Positions 19,527 to 30,500 are shown, counted from the first letter of the stretch. The stretch is 64,000 bases of DNA from an uncultured Bacteroidales bacterium (GCA_963732435.1 CAVSZL010000013.1:129605-193604); one strand, 5' to 3'. The notes: generated by a model not told the origin, from the sequence alone. Program-made: numbers and translations.

Positions 19527-21572
19527 ATGAATCTTCTGAAATCTAGACTTGGAGTTCTTATTCCGCTGGTAAATATTTCATTGATAGGCTACTCCGGGCC
19601 GATGAATAAAACTTCATCAAAGAAAACAGGCAGTCAGAAACCAAATATAATTTTTATCTTAACTGACGACCAGAGTGCCGGAGCTCTGGGTTATGCCGGA
19701 AACAATCAAATACAAACACCTGAAATGGACAGACTCGCCAGGGAAGGTGTCTATTTTAAGAACGCTGTTGCCACAACACCGATTTCAGCTGCCAGCAGAG
19801 CCAGCATTCTGACCGGACTCTATGAACGTACACATAAATATACATTTCAAACAGGCCCTGTCAGAGAGGAATATATGCAGGAGTCATATCCGAAGATTCT
19901 TAAAGAATCAGGTTATTATACCGGATTCTACGGGAAGCTGGGAGTCAATTACGACAATAAGGGATTACTCTTTGATGAATATGAAGACTATGACAGAGAT
20001 ACCAGGTATAAAGACCGCAGAGGTTTCTTTTTCAAGACTATTGGTAAGGATACAGTTCACCTGACACGATATACAGGCGAGAAAGCAATTAATTTTATTG
20101 AGGAGGCTCCTGCTGAGAAACCATTCTGCCTTTCAGTAAGCTTTAGTGCACCCCATGCCCATGATCCTGCTCCTGATCAGTATTTCTGGGATGAGGGAAC
20201 AGATAAGCTATATCAGGATATAAAGATCCCTGGTCCTGATTTATCGGATGATTTCTACTTTAATGAATTACCCGAGCCGGTTCGCAAGGGCTTCAACCGT
20301 ACACGCTGGGCCTGGCGCTTTGATACACCTGAAAAGTATCAGAAAAGCATGAAGGGATATTACAGGATGATTTCAGGAGTTGATCTTGAAATTGCAAAGA
20401 TCAGGCAGAAACTTAAAGAAAAAGGCCTCGATAAAAATACTGTGATTATTCTGATGGGAGATAATGGTTATTTTCTGGGAGAACGACAGCTTGCAGATAA
20501 ATGGCTGCTCTACGATCTTTCAGTCAAAATTCCACTTATTATTTATGATCCCAGGATAAAAAACCATAGGGATATTGATGCCATGGCCTTAAATCTTGAT
20601 GTTCCTTCAACAATTGCAGATTTTGCAGGCATATCTCAACCTGATAGCTGGCATGGAAAAAGTCTTGTACCGTTCGTAACAGGAAAAAGTAATACTTTAG
20701 GTAGGGATACAGTATTAATTGAACACTTATGGGAGATTGAAAGCATACCGCCCAGTGAAGGGATCCGTACCGATGAATGGAAGTATTTAAGATATGTTAA
20801 TGATAAATCATGGGAAGAACTTTACAACATAAAAGCAGATCCCAAGGAAATTAATAATCTGGCTAAAAAGCCTGAATATCTTAATACATTAAATATTTTA
20901 AGGACAAAGTTGGACGTTCTTGCTCAAAAATATGGTGACCCTTATTCAGGAGTTCCATCGGGATTGACAGTTGAATATATACGTGAACCCGGGAATGTAC
21001 TTATTAACGACAAGCTGCCTGAATTTAGCTGGGAAGTTCCAAAAGAGGCTGTAGTTCAGAAGGGATTTCAAATACTGGTTGCTTCAGAAAGGAATGCCAT
21101 AAACAGCAATATTGGAGATGTTTGGAATAGTGGCCAGGTCAGAGGTGGGCAATCCTCCAACATTGAACATAAAGGAAAAACTTTAAAGCCTGATTCAAAA
21201 TATTACTGGAAAGTACGGATATGGGATCAGGACAATCGTTTGACAGATTATTCTGCTGTTCAGGAGTTTAAGACCGGATCATTTTCAGAAATGATATCAA
21301 CGGGAAATGCTTTTCAGATTGAGGAAGTAAAACCAAAATTGATTGTCAAAAATAGCCCCGATAGCTATTCCATCGATTTCGGAAAAGATGCTTTTGGGAC
21401 ACTGGTACTGAAATATTCACCTGTTAAGGATGATACATTATATATCTGCTTGGGTGAAAAACTCAATGGGAAAAAAATTGATCGTAACCCCGGAGGAACA
21501 ATTCGTTACTCCGAGGTTAAACTTCCGGTTCATCCCGGAGAAAAGTTGTATACTCTGAAACTGTCCTCCTGA
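19527..21572 (+). CDS. S1 sulfatase (Ser-type) fused to the N-terminal domain of a GH78 alpha-L-rhamnosidase; segment 1 of a frame-disrupted gene
   Basis: NIIFILTDDQS and SAASRASILTG sulfatase motifs. From about residue 470, GLTVEYIREP...FSWEV...GFQILVAS...YYWKVRIWD matches the Bac_rhamnosid_N pattern. Stop at 21570-21572. Confidence 0.85.
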   Translation: MNLLKSRLGVLIPLVNISLIGYSGPMNKTSSKKTGSQKPNIIFILTDDQSAGALGYAGNNQIQTPEMDRLAREGVYFKNAVATTPISAASRASILTGLYERTHKYTFQTGPVREEYMQESYPKILKESGYYTGFYGKLGVNYDNKGLLFDEYEDYDRDTRYKDRRGFFFKTIGKDTVHLTRYTGEKAINFIEEAPAEKPFCLSVSFSAPHAHDPAPDQYFWDEGTDKLYQDIKIPGPDLSDDFYFNELPEPVRKGFNRTRWAWRFDTPEKYQKSMKGYYRMISGVDLEIAKIRQKLKEKGLDKNTVIILMGDNGYFLGERQLADKWLLYDLSVKIPLIIYDPRIKNHRDIDAMALNLDVPSTIADFAGISQPDSWHGKSLVPFVTGKSNTLGRDTVLIEHLWEIESIPPSEGIRTDEWKYLRYVNDKSWEELYNIKADPKEINNLAKKPEYLNTLNILRTKLDVLAQKYGDPYSGVPSGLTVEYIREPGNVLINDKLPEFSWEVPKEAVVQKGFQILVASERNAINSNIGDVWNSGQVRGGQSSNIEHKGKTLKPDSKYYWKVRIWDQDNRLTDYSAVQEFKTGSFSEMISTGNAFQIEEVKPKLIVKNSPDSYSIDFGKDAFGTLVLKYSPVKDDTLYICLGEKLNGKKIDRNPGGTIRYSEVKLPVHPGEKLYTLKLSS

Positions 21573-21606
21573 TAAACGAAATACATTAGCCGGTAAGGCA
21601 GTTGCT

Positions 21607-23079
21607 TTGCCCGATACTTTCGATGTTATTACACCTTTCCGGTATTGTGAAATTGATAACTACAGATCTGATCTCACAGATAGCGACATTTTCCAGAAGG
21701 CTTATTTTGGATATTTTGATGAAAGTACAAGCAGTTTTAAGTGCTCAGATACTACTCTGAACCAGATCTGGGATCTGTGTAAGTACAGTATAAAGGCTAC
21801 CACATTTGCAGGACTGTACATAGATGGCGATCGCGAACGGATCCCATATGAGGCTGATGCTTATATTAATCAGCTCGGTCATTATAGCGTTGACAATGAA
21901 TATGCAATGGCAAAACAAACCATCGAATGGTTTATGAACAAGCCGACATGGCCTACCGAGTGGCTGCTTCATACTGCAATGCTTGTCCAGCAGGACTATC
22001 TTTATACAGGGGATACTGAACTTCTGAAAACATATTATGATCTGCTTAAGAAAAAGACTTTGTTCGAGTTATGCCGTGAGGATGGACTGATCAGCACAAT
22101 TTCTGAGAAAATTGATGGACGGTTTATGATGAGTATAGGTTTTTCTGATACAACAACAAGACTGAAAGACATAGTTGACTGGCCTGCCGGAACAATATCC
22201 TCCGGAGATAAGACTTTTAATCAGCCTGGTGAACGTGACAGCTATGATATGGCGCCTGTAAATACTGTTGTAAACTGTTTCTTTTATAAAAATATGCAGA
22301 TAATGACTGAATTTGCAAGGATCCTTGGAAAGCAAAACGATGAAGCATATTTTGATCTGATGAGGGTTAAAGTAAAAAATGCAATTAACGAAAAGCTTTT
22401 TGACAGAAAAAAAGGTATTTACATAGATGGTGAAGGTTCTGCTCATTCATCGCTGCATGCCAACATGTTACCTCTGGCATTTGGACTTGTCCCTGATGCC
22501 AGTCTGAAAACCGTTGTGGATTTTGTAAAGTCTCGTGGAATGGCTTGTAGCGTTTATGGGGCTCAGTATCTGATGGAAGGATTGTATGAAGCCGAGGAGG
22601 GCCAATATGCACTTGACCTGATGCGGGCAACAAACGAACGGAGCTGGTGGAACATGATCAGATCGGGATCGACCATTACAATGGAGGCATGGGATATGAA
22701 ATATAAGCCCAACTCAGACTGGAATCATGCCTGGGGAGCCGCTCCTGCAAACATAATTCCAAGGCTTCTGTGGGGAATAACACCAAAAGAACCCGGATTT
22801 CAGGTGATCCGGATTAAACCCTTGCTTGGTGATTTGAAAAATAGCAGTATTGTCGTTCCTACAATTAAAGGCAGTATAAAAGGCACATATTTATATGTAA
22901 ATGAACGAAATAAAAAATATACCATTGAACTGCCCGCAAACGTTGTTGCTGAGTTTATAATAAAATGTTCACCCGAAGAGGTTGTAACCCTTAATGGAAA
23001 TAAGTTAAATATGGCGTTTAATACAATCAGGCTGGAACCAGGAATAAACAATATTGAGATTGTATTAAATTCATTTTAG
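21607..23079 (+). CDS. GH78 alpha-L-rhamnosidase, (alpha/alpha)6 catalytic part; segment 2 of the same gene
   Basis: This frame is open from 21559 (NCPPDKRNTLAGKAVALPDTFDVITPFRYCEI). DGDRERIPYEADAYI and WNHAWGAAP are typical GH78 six-hairpin motifs. No plausible independent start or signal. Confidence 0.85.
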   Translation: MPDTFDVITPFRYCEIDNYRSDLTDSDIFQKAYFGYFDESTSSFKCSDTTLNQIWDLCKYSIKATTFAGLYIDGDRERIPYEADAYINQLGHYSVDNEYAMAKQTIEWFMNKPTWPTEWLLHTAMLVQQDYLYTGDTELLKTYYDLLKKKTLFELCREDGLISTISEKIDGRFMMSIGFSDTTTRLKDIVDWPAGTISSGDKTFNQPGERDSYDMAPVNTVVNCFFYKNMQIMTEFARILGKQNDEAYFDLMRVKVKNAINEKLFDRKKGIYIDGEGSAHSSLHANMLPLAFGLVPDASLKTVVDFVKSRGMACSVYGAQYLMEGLYEAEEGQYALDLMRATNERSWWNMIRSGSTITMEAWDMKYKPNSDWNHAWGAAPANIIPRLLWGITPKEPGFQVIRIKPLLGDLKNSSIVVPTIKGSIKGTYLYVNERNKKYTIELPANVVAEFIIKCSPEEVVTLNGNKLNMAFNTIRLEPGINNIEIVLNSF

Positions 23080-23243
23080 TGATTTGAATTAAACAATAGT
23101 TTCTAATTAGCACATTGATATTGCAATTGCAGTTTTACATGACTTCCGGCAAATAGTGCTAAAGATGAGATAATAATTGTAGCGGTCTTAATAAGTAAAT
23201 TTATTAAAAGTAGTACTTTAGTATCTAATTAATATTAATTATA

Positions 23244-24272
23244 ATGAATCCAATTTCAGGAATATTGCTGATTGCTCTGGGAAGTATCGGAGCTGCAAGT
23301 TTTTATGTACCATTTAAAAAAGTCAGGATTTGGGCATGGGAGTCCTATTGGTTAACCCAGGGTTTTGCAGCCTGGATTGTCGCTCCGGTATTGTTTGCTT
23401 TAATCTTTGTCCCGAAAGGAGAGCTCATGCCAATAATTAATGAAGCACCTTCCTCAGCCAAATTAATGGCTATAGTTTTCGGGGCGCTCTGGGGATTTGG
23501 AGGATTAACTTTTGGTCTGAGTATCCGATATCTTGGAGTAGCACTTGGACAAAGCATTGCCCTTGGTCTATGTGCAGCCTTTGGCACATTATTGCCACCG
23601 ATAATTGCAGGTCAGAACCTTTTTTCTTCAACTTCTGGTATTCTTACAATAGTCGGAGTATCGATTACATTAGCAGGGATCGCCATAATAGGTTATGCCG
23701 GTTCTCTGAAAAGCCGGGAAATGACAGAAGAAGAAAAGAGGGCTGCGGTTAAAGAATTCGCACTCAAGAAGGGAATTCTGATTGCAACCTTTGCCGGTAT
23801 TATGAGTGCATGCTTCAATTTCGGGTTTGAATCAGCCAAACCTATTGAAGCTGTTGCTCTTGCACACGGAACAAATCCTCTGTTTCAAAAAAATCCATCA
23901 CTGATCTTCATCCTTTTTGGAGGATTTATAACCAATCTGGTATATTGTGGCTATCTCAATATTAAAAACAAAACTTACCGCGATTATTATACAGTTTCAG
24001 GAAGTGTGTTTTTTAATAATCTCTTTTTCACGTTCTTAGCAGGATTACTATGGTTTCTTCAATTCCATTTTTTTGGTATGGGCTCAAGTAAATTACCTGA
24101 AGGAATGGCAGTATTCGGCTGGAGCATCCTTATGGCTCTGAACATTGCTATCAGCAATATATGGGGAATTTTTCTGAATGAATGGAAAGGAGCTAAAAAG
24201 AAAACAATAATTGTACTTATTATCGGGATTATAATTCTTATTTTATCAACGTTTGTAGTTAAATTAGGTTAA
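23244..24272 (+). CDS. rhaT: L-rhamnose/H+ symporter
   Basis: 342-aa, about 10-TM protein. N-terminus GILLIALGSIGAASFYVPFKKVRIWAWESYWL matches the RhaT family. Sits with rhaM/rhaA/rhaB. Confidence 0.9.
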   Translation: MNPISGILLIALGSIGAASFYVPFKKVRIWAWESYWLTQGFAAWIVAPVLFALIFVPKGELMPIINEAPSSAKLMAIVFGALWGFGGLTFGLSIRYLGVALGQSIALGLCAAFGTLLPPIIAGQNLFSSTSGILTIVGVSITLAGIAIIGYAGSLKSREMTEEEKRAAVKEFALKKGILIATFAGIMSACFNFGFESAKPIEAVALAHGTNPLFQKNPSLIFILFGGFITNLVYCGYLNIKNKTYRDYYTVSGSVFFNNLFFTFLAGLLWFLQFHFFGMGSSKLPEGMAVFGWSILMALNIAISNIWGIFLNEWKGAKKKTIIVLIIGIIILILSTFVVKLG

Positions 24273-24277
24273 AAAAT

Positions 24278-24598
24278 ATGGAAACAAAAAGATTTGGTTT
24301 TAAAATGAAACTTCTTCCGGGATTCAAGGAGGAATACAGAAAGCGTCATAGCGAAATTTGGCCGGAACTTGTCACTCTCTTAAAAAATGAGGCAATAGGC
24401 AACTATTCCATTTTTCTTGATGAAGAGACTAATACCCTGTTTGCATACCAGGAACAATCCGGTGATAGTTCATCGCAGGATCTGGGTAATACAGAGATAG
24501 TTAAAAGATGGTGGAAATATATGGCTGATATTATGGAAACCAATCCTGATAATTCGCCGGTAACAATTCCACTTGACCAGGTGTTTTATATGGAATAA
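24278..24598 (+). CDS. rhaM: L-rhamnose mutarotase
   Basis: 106 aa. YRKRHSEIWPEL..NYSIF..Y motif pattern of RhaM/YiiL. Confidence 0.9.
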   Translation: METKRFGFKMKLLPGFKEEYRKRHSEIWPELVTLLKNEAIGNYSIFLDEETNTLFAYQEQSGDSSSQDLGNTEIVKRWWKYMADIMETNPDNSPVTIPLDQVFYME

Positions 24599-24686
24599 GA
24601 CAAAAGACAAAAGTTGAGAAACGAAGTTTCGAAATCCAGCTTCAGCGGGAACAAAAGACAATAGACAAAATTTAATCTAAACTAAT

Positions 24687-25952
24687 ATGAAAAAAGAGAC
24701 TGTTGAAAATTCTTACAAACTGGCTAAAGAACAATATGCTGCTCTGGGAGTAGATACTGATCAGGTATTATCAGAAATGGATAATGTAAATATAAGTCTG
24801 CACTGCTGGCAAACCGACGATGTCGGAGGCTTTGAAAAAGCAGGATCAGTACTCGGTGGCGGTGGCATACAGGCAACCGGTAATTTCCCGGGAAAAGCAA
24901 AAACTATTGAGCAAATGAGAGCCGATCTTGATAAAGCTATGTCGCTTCTGCCCGGTAAACAAAGACTTAATCTTCATGCTATCTACGGGGAATTCGGAGG
25001 AAAGTTGGTTGACCGCGATAAGATAGAAGCAAAGCACTTTCAGGGATGGATAGATTGGGCTAAAGAGAGAGGTATTGGACTTGATTTTAATTGTACATGT
25101 TTCTCTCATCCATTGGCTGATGACGGTTATACCCTGTCAAGCAAGAATGAAAAAACAAGAAAATTCTGGGTGGAGCATACCAAAAGATGCCGGGCTATTG
25201 CTGCTGAGATGGGAAAACAACTTGGAACACCTGCTGTTCATAATATCTGGATACCTGATGGATCAAAAGATATTCCGGTTGACAGAAATACTCTTCGAAA
25301 ACTGCTTAAAAAATCGCTCGACGAAATATTTTCAGTGAAATATCCAAAGAAATATCTTAAGGATTCTGTAGAGTGTAAACTGTTTGGAATAGGGTCGGAG
25401 GCAATGGTTGTCGGTTCCCATGAATTTTATATGGGCTATGCAATCCAAAACAACACTATGCTGACACTCGATAGTGGCCATTTCCACCCAACTGAACAGG
25501 TTGGTGATAAAATTTCATCCATACTTCATTTCGTAGACGAGATCCTTTTGCATCTTTCACGTGGAGTGCGCTGGGATAGCGACCATGTTCTTTCTTTTAA
25601 TGATGATGTATTACTTATTACCCAGGAGATTATTCGTGCCAGGGCTTTGAAAAAAGTTTATGTGGGTCTTGACTTTTTTGATGCAAGTATAAATCGTATC
25701 GGAGCTTACGTTATCGGCACACGTTCAGCTCAGATGGCATTTATGTATGCATTATTGGAACCTTTAAAAACTCTTGTTAAACTTGAGGAGGAGGGAAGAA
25801 ATTTTGAAAGGCTGGCTTTACTTGAATTATTGAAATCCAAACCATTCGGAGCTGTCTGGGATTATTACTGTCTGAAAAGCAAAGTTCCGGTTGGACAGGA
25901 TTACATTGATGAGATCATGAAATATGAGGAAAAGGTACTGTCAAAAAGATAG
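24687..25952 (+). CDS. rhaA: L-rhamnose isomerase
   Basis: 421 aa. ISLHCWQTDDVGGFE and LDSGHFHPTE motifs typical of RhaA. Confidence 0.9.
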   Translation: MKKETVENSYKLAKEQYAALGVDTDQVLSEMDNVNISLHCWQTDDVGGFEKAGSVLGGGGIQATGNFPGKAKTIEQMRADLDKAMSLLPGKQRLNLHAIYGEFGGKLVDRDKIEAKHFQGWIDWAKERGIGLDFNCTCFSHPLADDGYTLSSKNEKTRKFWVEHTKRCRAIAAEMGKQLGTPAVHNIWIPDGSKDIPVDRNTLRKLLKKSLDEIFSVKYPKKYLKDSVECKLFGIGSEAMVVGSHEFYMGYAIQNNTMLTLDSGHFHPTEQVGDKISSILHFVDEILLHLSRGVRWDSDHVLSFNDDVLLITQEIIRARALKKVYVGLDFFDASINRIGAYVIGTRSAQMAFMYALLEPLKTLVKLEEEGRNFERLALLELLKSKPFGAVWDYYCLKSKVPVGQDYIDEIMKYEEKVLSKR

Positions 25953-25997
25953 TTTTTTATAATGAAATAAATAATAAGTGTGTCGCATAAGACCATT

Positions 25998-26101
25998 TTA
26001 ACCGCAGAGTACGCAAAGAATGCGCAAAGAACACAAAGCTAAAACCCAGTAATTATATCTTTTTGAGCTTTGCAATAATCCTTAGCGACCTTTGCGGTTA
26101 A
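25998..26101. repeat. Imperfect ~100-nt inverted repeat rich in GCAAAG units (REP/MITE-like)
   Basis: Left arm ttaaccgcagagtacgcaaagaatgcgcaaagaacacaaagct. The reverse complement of the right arm reads ttaaccgcaaaggtcgctaaggattattgcaaagct. AT-rich loop between the arms. Confidence 0.6.
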
Positions 26102-26171
26102 TGGATTTTGACTTTTGAAACAGCCTTTGATTTTTTCAGAATTATTTTCTCAAAAATGAACATATTTCAAT

Positions 26172-27515
26172 ATGAAAGAGGTAGTTATCGCAGTTTTTGA
26201 TATTGGAAAGACCAATAAAAAACTTATCCTGTTTAATGAATCACTAAAGATTGTCTCTGAATATGAGGAGAAATTCCCGGAAATTCTGGATGATGATGGG
26301 TTTGGTTGCGACGATATTGAACTGATAGAAAAATGGATAAAAGAGTCAATAATTAAACTTGTTCATTCTGATGAGTATGATGTCAAGGCAATAAATTTTA
26401 CAACTTACGGAGCAACACTTGTATATCTCGATGCGGAAGGACGAAGACTAACTCCGGTTTATAACTATCTTAAACCAATAAATGAAAAAATTCCTGAAAG
26501 TATTTATAAAAGGTATGGAGGAAGGGATGAATTTTGCAGAAGAACTGCCTCTCCTGCACTTGGAATGTTAAATTCCGGAATGCAGGCTCTCTGGCTTAAG
26601 ACAGAGAAAACTGATGTATTTGCCGCTGTTAAGTACATACTTCACTTTCCACAGTATCTCTCTTATTCTCTTACTGGCAAAATATATGCAGAGCATACCT
26701 CAATCGGCTGTCATACAGCACTATGGGACTTTGATAAAATGGATTATCATCAATGGACAAAAGTGCAAGGTTTGAATCTGCCGGAACCAGCGCCAATTGA
26801 GACTTCTGATAACATAACTATTGAAGGAAAATCTGTTCAGGTTGGTATCGGTATACATGACAGTTCTGCATCACTTGCACCATATTTTTCAGATATTGAT
26901 AAATTTATTCTCATCTCTACAGGAACATGGTGTATAAGTATGAATCCTTTTAATGATGAAAATTTAACGGCAGAACAGCTTGATAAGGATTGTCTCTGTT
27001 ATTTAAGTATCACCAGACAACCGGTAAAATCTTCCAGGTTATTTCTTGGTCATCTTCACGAAACAGCTGTTAAGAGAATAACAGAACATTATAATTTACC
27101 AGATGATTATTATAAAAAAATTAAGGCCGATAAAAATCTGCTATCAGTATTAAAAGCAAAATATAAGGAAAAAAATGTTTTCTTTCAGACAGGTTTTGAC
27201 TCCGGAAACTTTAAGGATCATATTGACCTGTTTGAGTTTTATTCACCTGAAGAAGCCTATCATCAGTTAATGATTGAATTATGTCAACTTACCTGTGAAG
27301 CCATTAAACTGATAATTCCTGTAAATGATGAAACATCAAATATGTATATTACAGGTGGGTTTTCAAAGAATGAACTCTTTTGCATTCTATTAAAGGAAGC
27401 ATTTCCAATGAAAAACCTTTATACATCTGAAATATCGAATGCATCAGCTCTTGGGGCAGCTATGGTAATTTCAGGTTCAAAGCATTCACCTGATCTCGGA
27501 CTTACTGAGTGTTAG
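26172..27515 (+). CDS. rhaB: FGGY-family sugar kinase, probable rhamnulokinase
   Basis: N-terminal AVFDIGKTNKK phosphate-1 motif and C-terminal ITGGFSKN FGGY pattern. Operon context with rhaT-M-A. Confidence 0.7.
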   Translation: MKEVVIAVFDIGKTNKKLILFNESLKIVSEYEEKFPEILDDDGFGCDDIELIEKWIKESIIKLVHSDEYDVKAINFTTYGATLVYLDAEGRRLTPVYNYLKPINEKIPESIYKRYGGRDEFCRRTASPALGMLNSGMQALWLKTEKTDVFAAVKYILHFPQYLSYSLTGKIYAEHTSIGCHTALWDFDKMDYHQWTKVQGLNLPEPAPIETSDNITIEGKSVQVGIGIHDSSASLAPYFSDIDKFILISTGTWCISMNPFNDENLTAEQLDKDCLCYLSITRQPVKSSRLFLGHLHETAVKRITEHYNLPDDYYKKIKADKNLLSVLKAKYKEKNVFFQTGFDSGNFKDHIDLFEFYSPEEAYHQLMIELCQLTCEAIKLIIPVNDETSNMYITGGFSKNELFCILLKEAFPMKNLYTSEISNASALGAAMVISGSKHSPDLGLTEC

Positions 27516-27531
27516 TAATATATTTAAATAA

Positions 27532-30500
27532 CTATTCCTTTTTCAGGGAAGCTACCAGGACACCGCCGGAAATTGACCGTACTGTTAAAAAAAGAACAGA
27601 TAAACCTGTTATCAGAATTGTAAATACCATAATAGTCAGATAAATCCACGGGATCTCCTGCCCGCTTCTCAGGGATGGGAGAGTAGCTGAAATTGCAGAG
27701 AAAACACCAGAGGTAACACCAGCAAACAGTATCAGAATCTGTTCATTTAATATGATTCTCCGGATTTTTCTGAAAGTAAAGCCTGTTGCCAGCATAAGTG
27801 CGAACTCCTGTTTTCTGCGATTATAATTTCTCATCATTACAAAACCTAAACCTAGAACACCCGTAATCATACCAAATGCTCCAAAGACCCCAAAGACGGA
27901 GAGATAAGTATTTGTGACCTCATAAAATGCCCGTAATCTGTCTTCAGTAAACTCTATATTCACACCAAAGTTTGATAGTCTTTCATTAAGTGTGGTTTTA
28001 TATAAATCCCTGAGGTCGGCATCCCCGTCGACAAGCAATACTGAACTGCCGGCAACAGATGGAAAATACCTGTTGAAATTATCTTTTCCGATTAACACAT
28101 ATCCCTGAAAAACAGACGATTTCAAACCAGCTGCAAGTATAATATTAACCGGTTGCCCGTTTTCAGCACGAAGGATAAGTGTATCTCCAATGCTTAATTT
28201 CAATCCCCAGTCCATAACAGTCTGATCAGCAATGCCATAAATAGTATTTGCCCCCAAATCCCTGTTTAAAAACTGCCATGAATTGATTATATTTTCTTCT
28301 GATAATGTTTTTGCGAAAGCGAAAGACTCTCTTGCTATGAATTCTGAAGGATCAACACCCAGCAGGGGGGGAGCAGTAATATGATTAAGATTAAGACAAC
28401 TGGCATCATTTCCTGCAGATCTTTTCATTGTGATAAAGTCCATTACTGAAAGGGTATCTTCAGTAAGTCCGAGTTCAGTTCGTCCTCTTAATGTGCTAAG
28501 ATCATCTCTTACAGGAATATTGCTTTCGCACCATAACAAATAACCTCCGGTACCTGATGACCTTTTGAGCAGTTTCTCATCAAAGTCCATTCTGTTTACA
28601 CCGGTTATTATTAATGCAAAAATACCTGCAGAAATAAAAAGTATTGGAGTGACAGCATGTGAAGGATTAAATGAATAATATAGACGAGACAAATTAATTC
28701 TTCCTATATATTCAAAGATATTTTGCTTTCTCCTGCCAATATATATCTGCCTCCAGAAGAGTATGAGTGAGACAAGCAACAGAGTTCCCGTGCCAAAACT
28801 GTAAACAGTATTTTTATCATTCCATACGATTGAAAGAATGAATAATGAAATGGTAAATAATACAGAACCAATCAACAACATAAGATTCAGTCGGGGTGAA
28901 GCTAATCCGTGAAATTCCTTTTCCTGACGGTTCAGTCTCTTGAGATAACTTCTTGTTTTCCACCACATAAAGATTGTTATTATGATAGCGGTAACAATAA
29001 ATCCGGTAGCGATAGGTAAAATATCAAATGATGCTGAAAGAGTATTTGTTTGTACTGCACCACTCCAGACGGAATTGAGTGCAATGGTTATGATTATATT
29101 GACCAGGTATCCGGCCAAAGCTCCGATAAAACAGCCTGTAAGACCAATTAATGAGGATTCCAGAAAGAAGAGTCTTTGAATCCATTGGTTTTTAAATCCT
29201 AATGCAAATAACGTAGATATAGTTCTTCTCTTTGAATCAAAGTAATATGAAACAACAAAAGATAACAAAACTACTGAGGCTAAAATCAGGAAAAATCCCA
29301 GACTCAGGAAAAGAGTACCAAAATCAACACTCTCATCAGCAGCCTGAATTGATTCATCTGCCAGGTCAGAAACAGTAAAGCCTAAAATAGCGGGATTAAG
29401 TGATCCTGTTAATTTTGACTCGACCCCGGTTGTTTTAAATCCTGAAGGAAATCGGATGGAAGTTGCTGGTCCATAATTACTTCCCCAGATTTCTTTGCCT
29501 TTCAGGTAATTTATAAATGCCTTTGGGGTGCCCTTATATTGTTTCCAGTACTCTTCATCCTTATCACGGATGCTACCCATTTTAATAGGTACTCCCGCAT
29601 CCCAGTCAGAACATGACTCGCTGCCGGCAATTCCGGGAAAATCAGGCATAAGCAACGAATCACCCCATATACCATCAATTTTCACTATCCTCCTGACAAC
29701 AAACAGATCGCTGTTCTCAACCAGTTTATTGAGAGAGTCAGGCGAATACCACTGCATTGTCAGGGTATCTCCTTCAATTACCTTTAGATCATCAGCCAGC
29801 CAGTTATTAATAATAATATCGTTATCAGACACTATTTCAGGATAAATTGAAGAAGGAATTGCAGCAACAAATGAGTATGGCGTTGATCCTGAGGCGCTTA
29901 TAATACTGTTCCCAAGATATGTAATCGCGGGTGCGGAGGAAGGGATGTTTTCTTTTATTTCATTAATCAGAATTTCATCCATAAATATCCTGTCGGATAC
30001 TAACTCTGTTCCACCTGTTTCTGTAACTTCTCTTATGCTGAGCCCCGCATCAGATGGTCTTAAAGTGTTTTTAAGGATATTTACAGCCTCATCTTTTGCA
30101 ATACTGTTCAATCTGTCGATCAATAACCTGTTAATCTTAAGAGGTTTATCTGATTCAGATACAAGATCTGAAAGATTAAGAAAGATGTTCATCGGAGTGA
30201 TCTGGCTTATTGAGAGAGAAAAGTTTCCATTGGTTTCGGGTCCCAGAATATTTCCTATTTTCATCACTACCGAGTTCCCATCGCCAGATGCCGGGGCAAA
30301 CGGAGCATCTGCGGGAATATCATCTATCGGGAAGAACCTTACTATGAGATCATCTCCGGCTTTTACATCAAGATGATCAGCAAGCTTTTTGTTAATCAGC
30401 ACCTCGCCTTTATTAACAGATATTGAATCATTGCCATGAAAAGAGAAAAAGTCATCGCGTATGCCATAAATATGAGTATTATAGGCACCTTTCTGTGAAT

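Noticed and set aside
21556-21610. Programmed ribosomal frameshifting or stop-codon recoding at the four broken genes.
   Set aside because: I saw no shared slippery heptamer or downstream structure. The four genes are unrelated, and each break is explained by a single-base indel.
23080-23243. Palindromes upstream of rhaT (tgcaattgca at about 23126, taattaatattaatta at about 23226) as rhamnose-regulator operators.
   Set aside because: They are short and mostly AT-only in an AT-rich spacer. No regulator gene is nearby and there is no second copy upstream of rhaB to support a regulon motif.
24599-24686. AGACAAAAG-type direct repeats and a small gaaac/gtttc hairpin between rhaM and rhaA.
   Set aside because: This is low-complexity A-rich sequence, the stem is only 5 bp with no U-tract, and it is insufficient for a terminator or riboswitch call.
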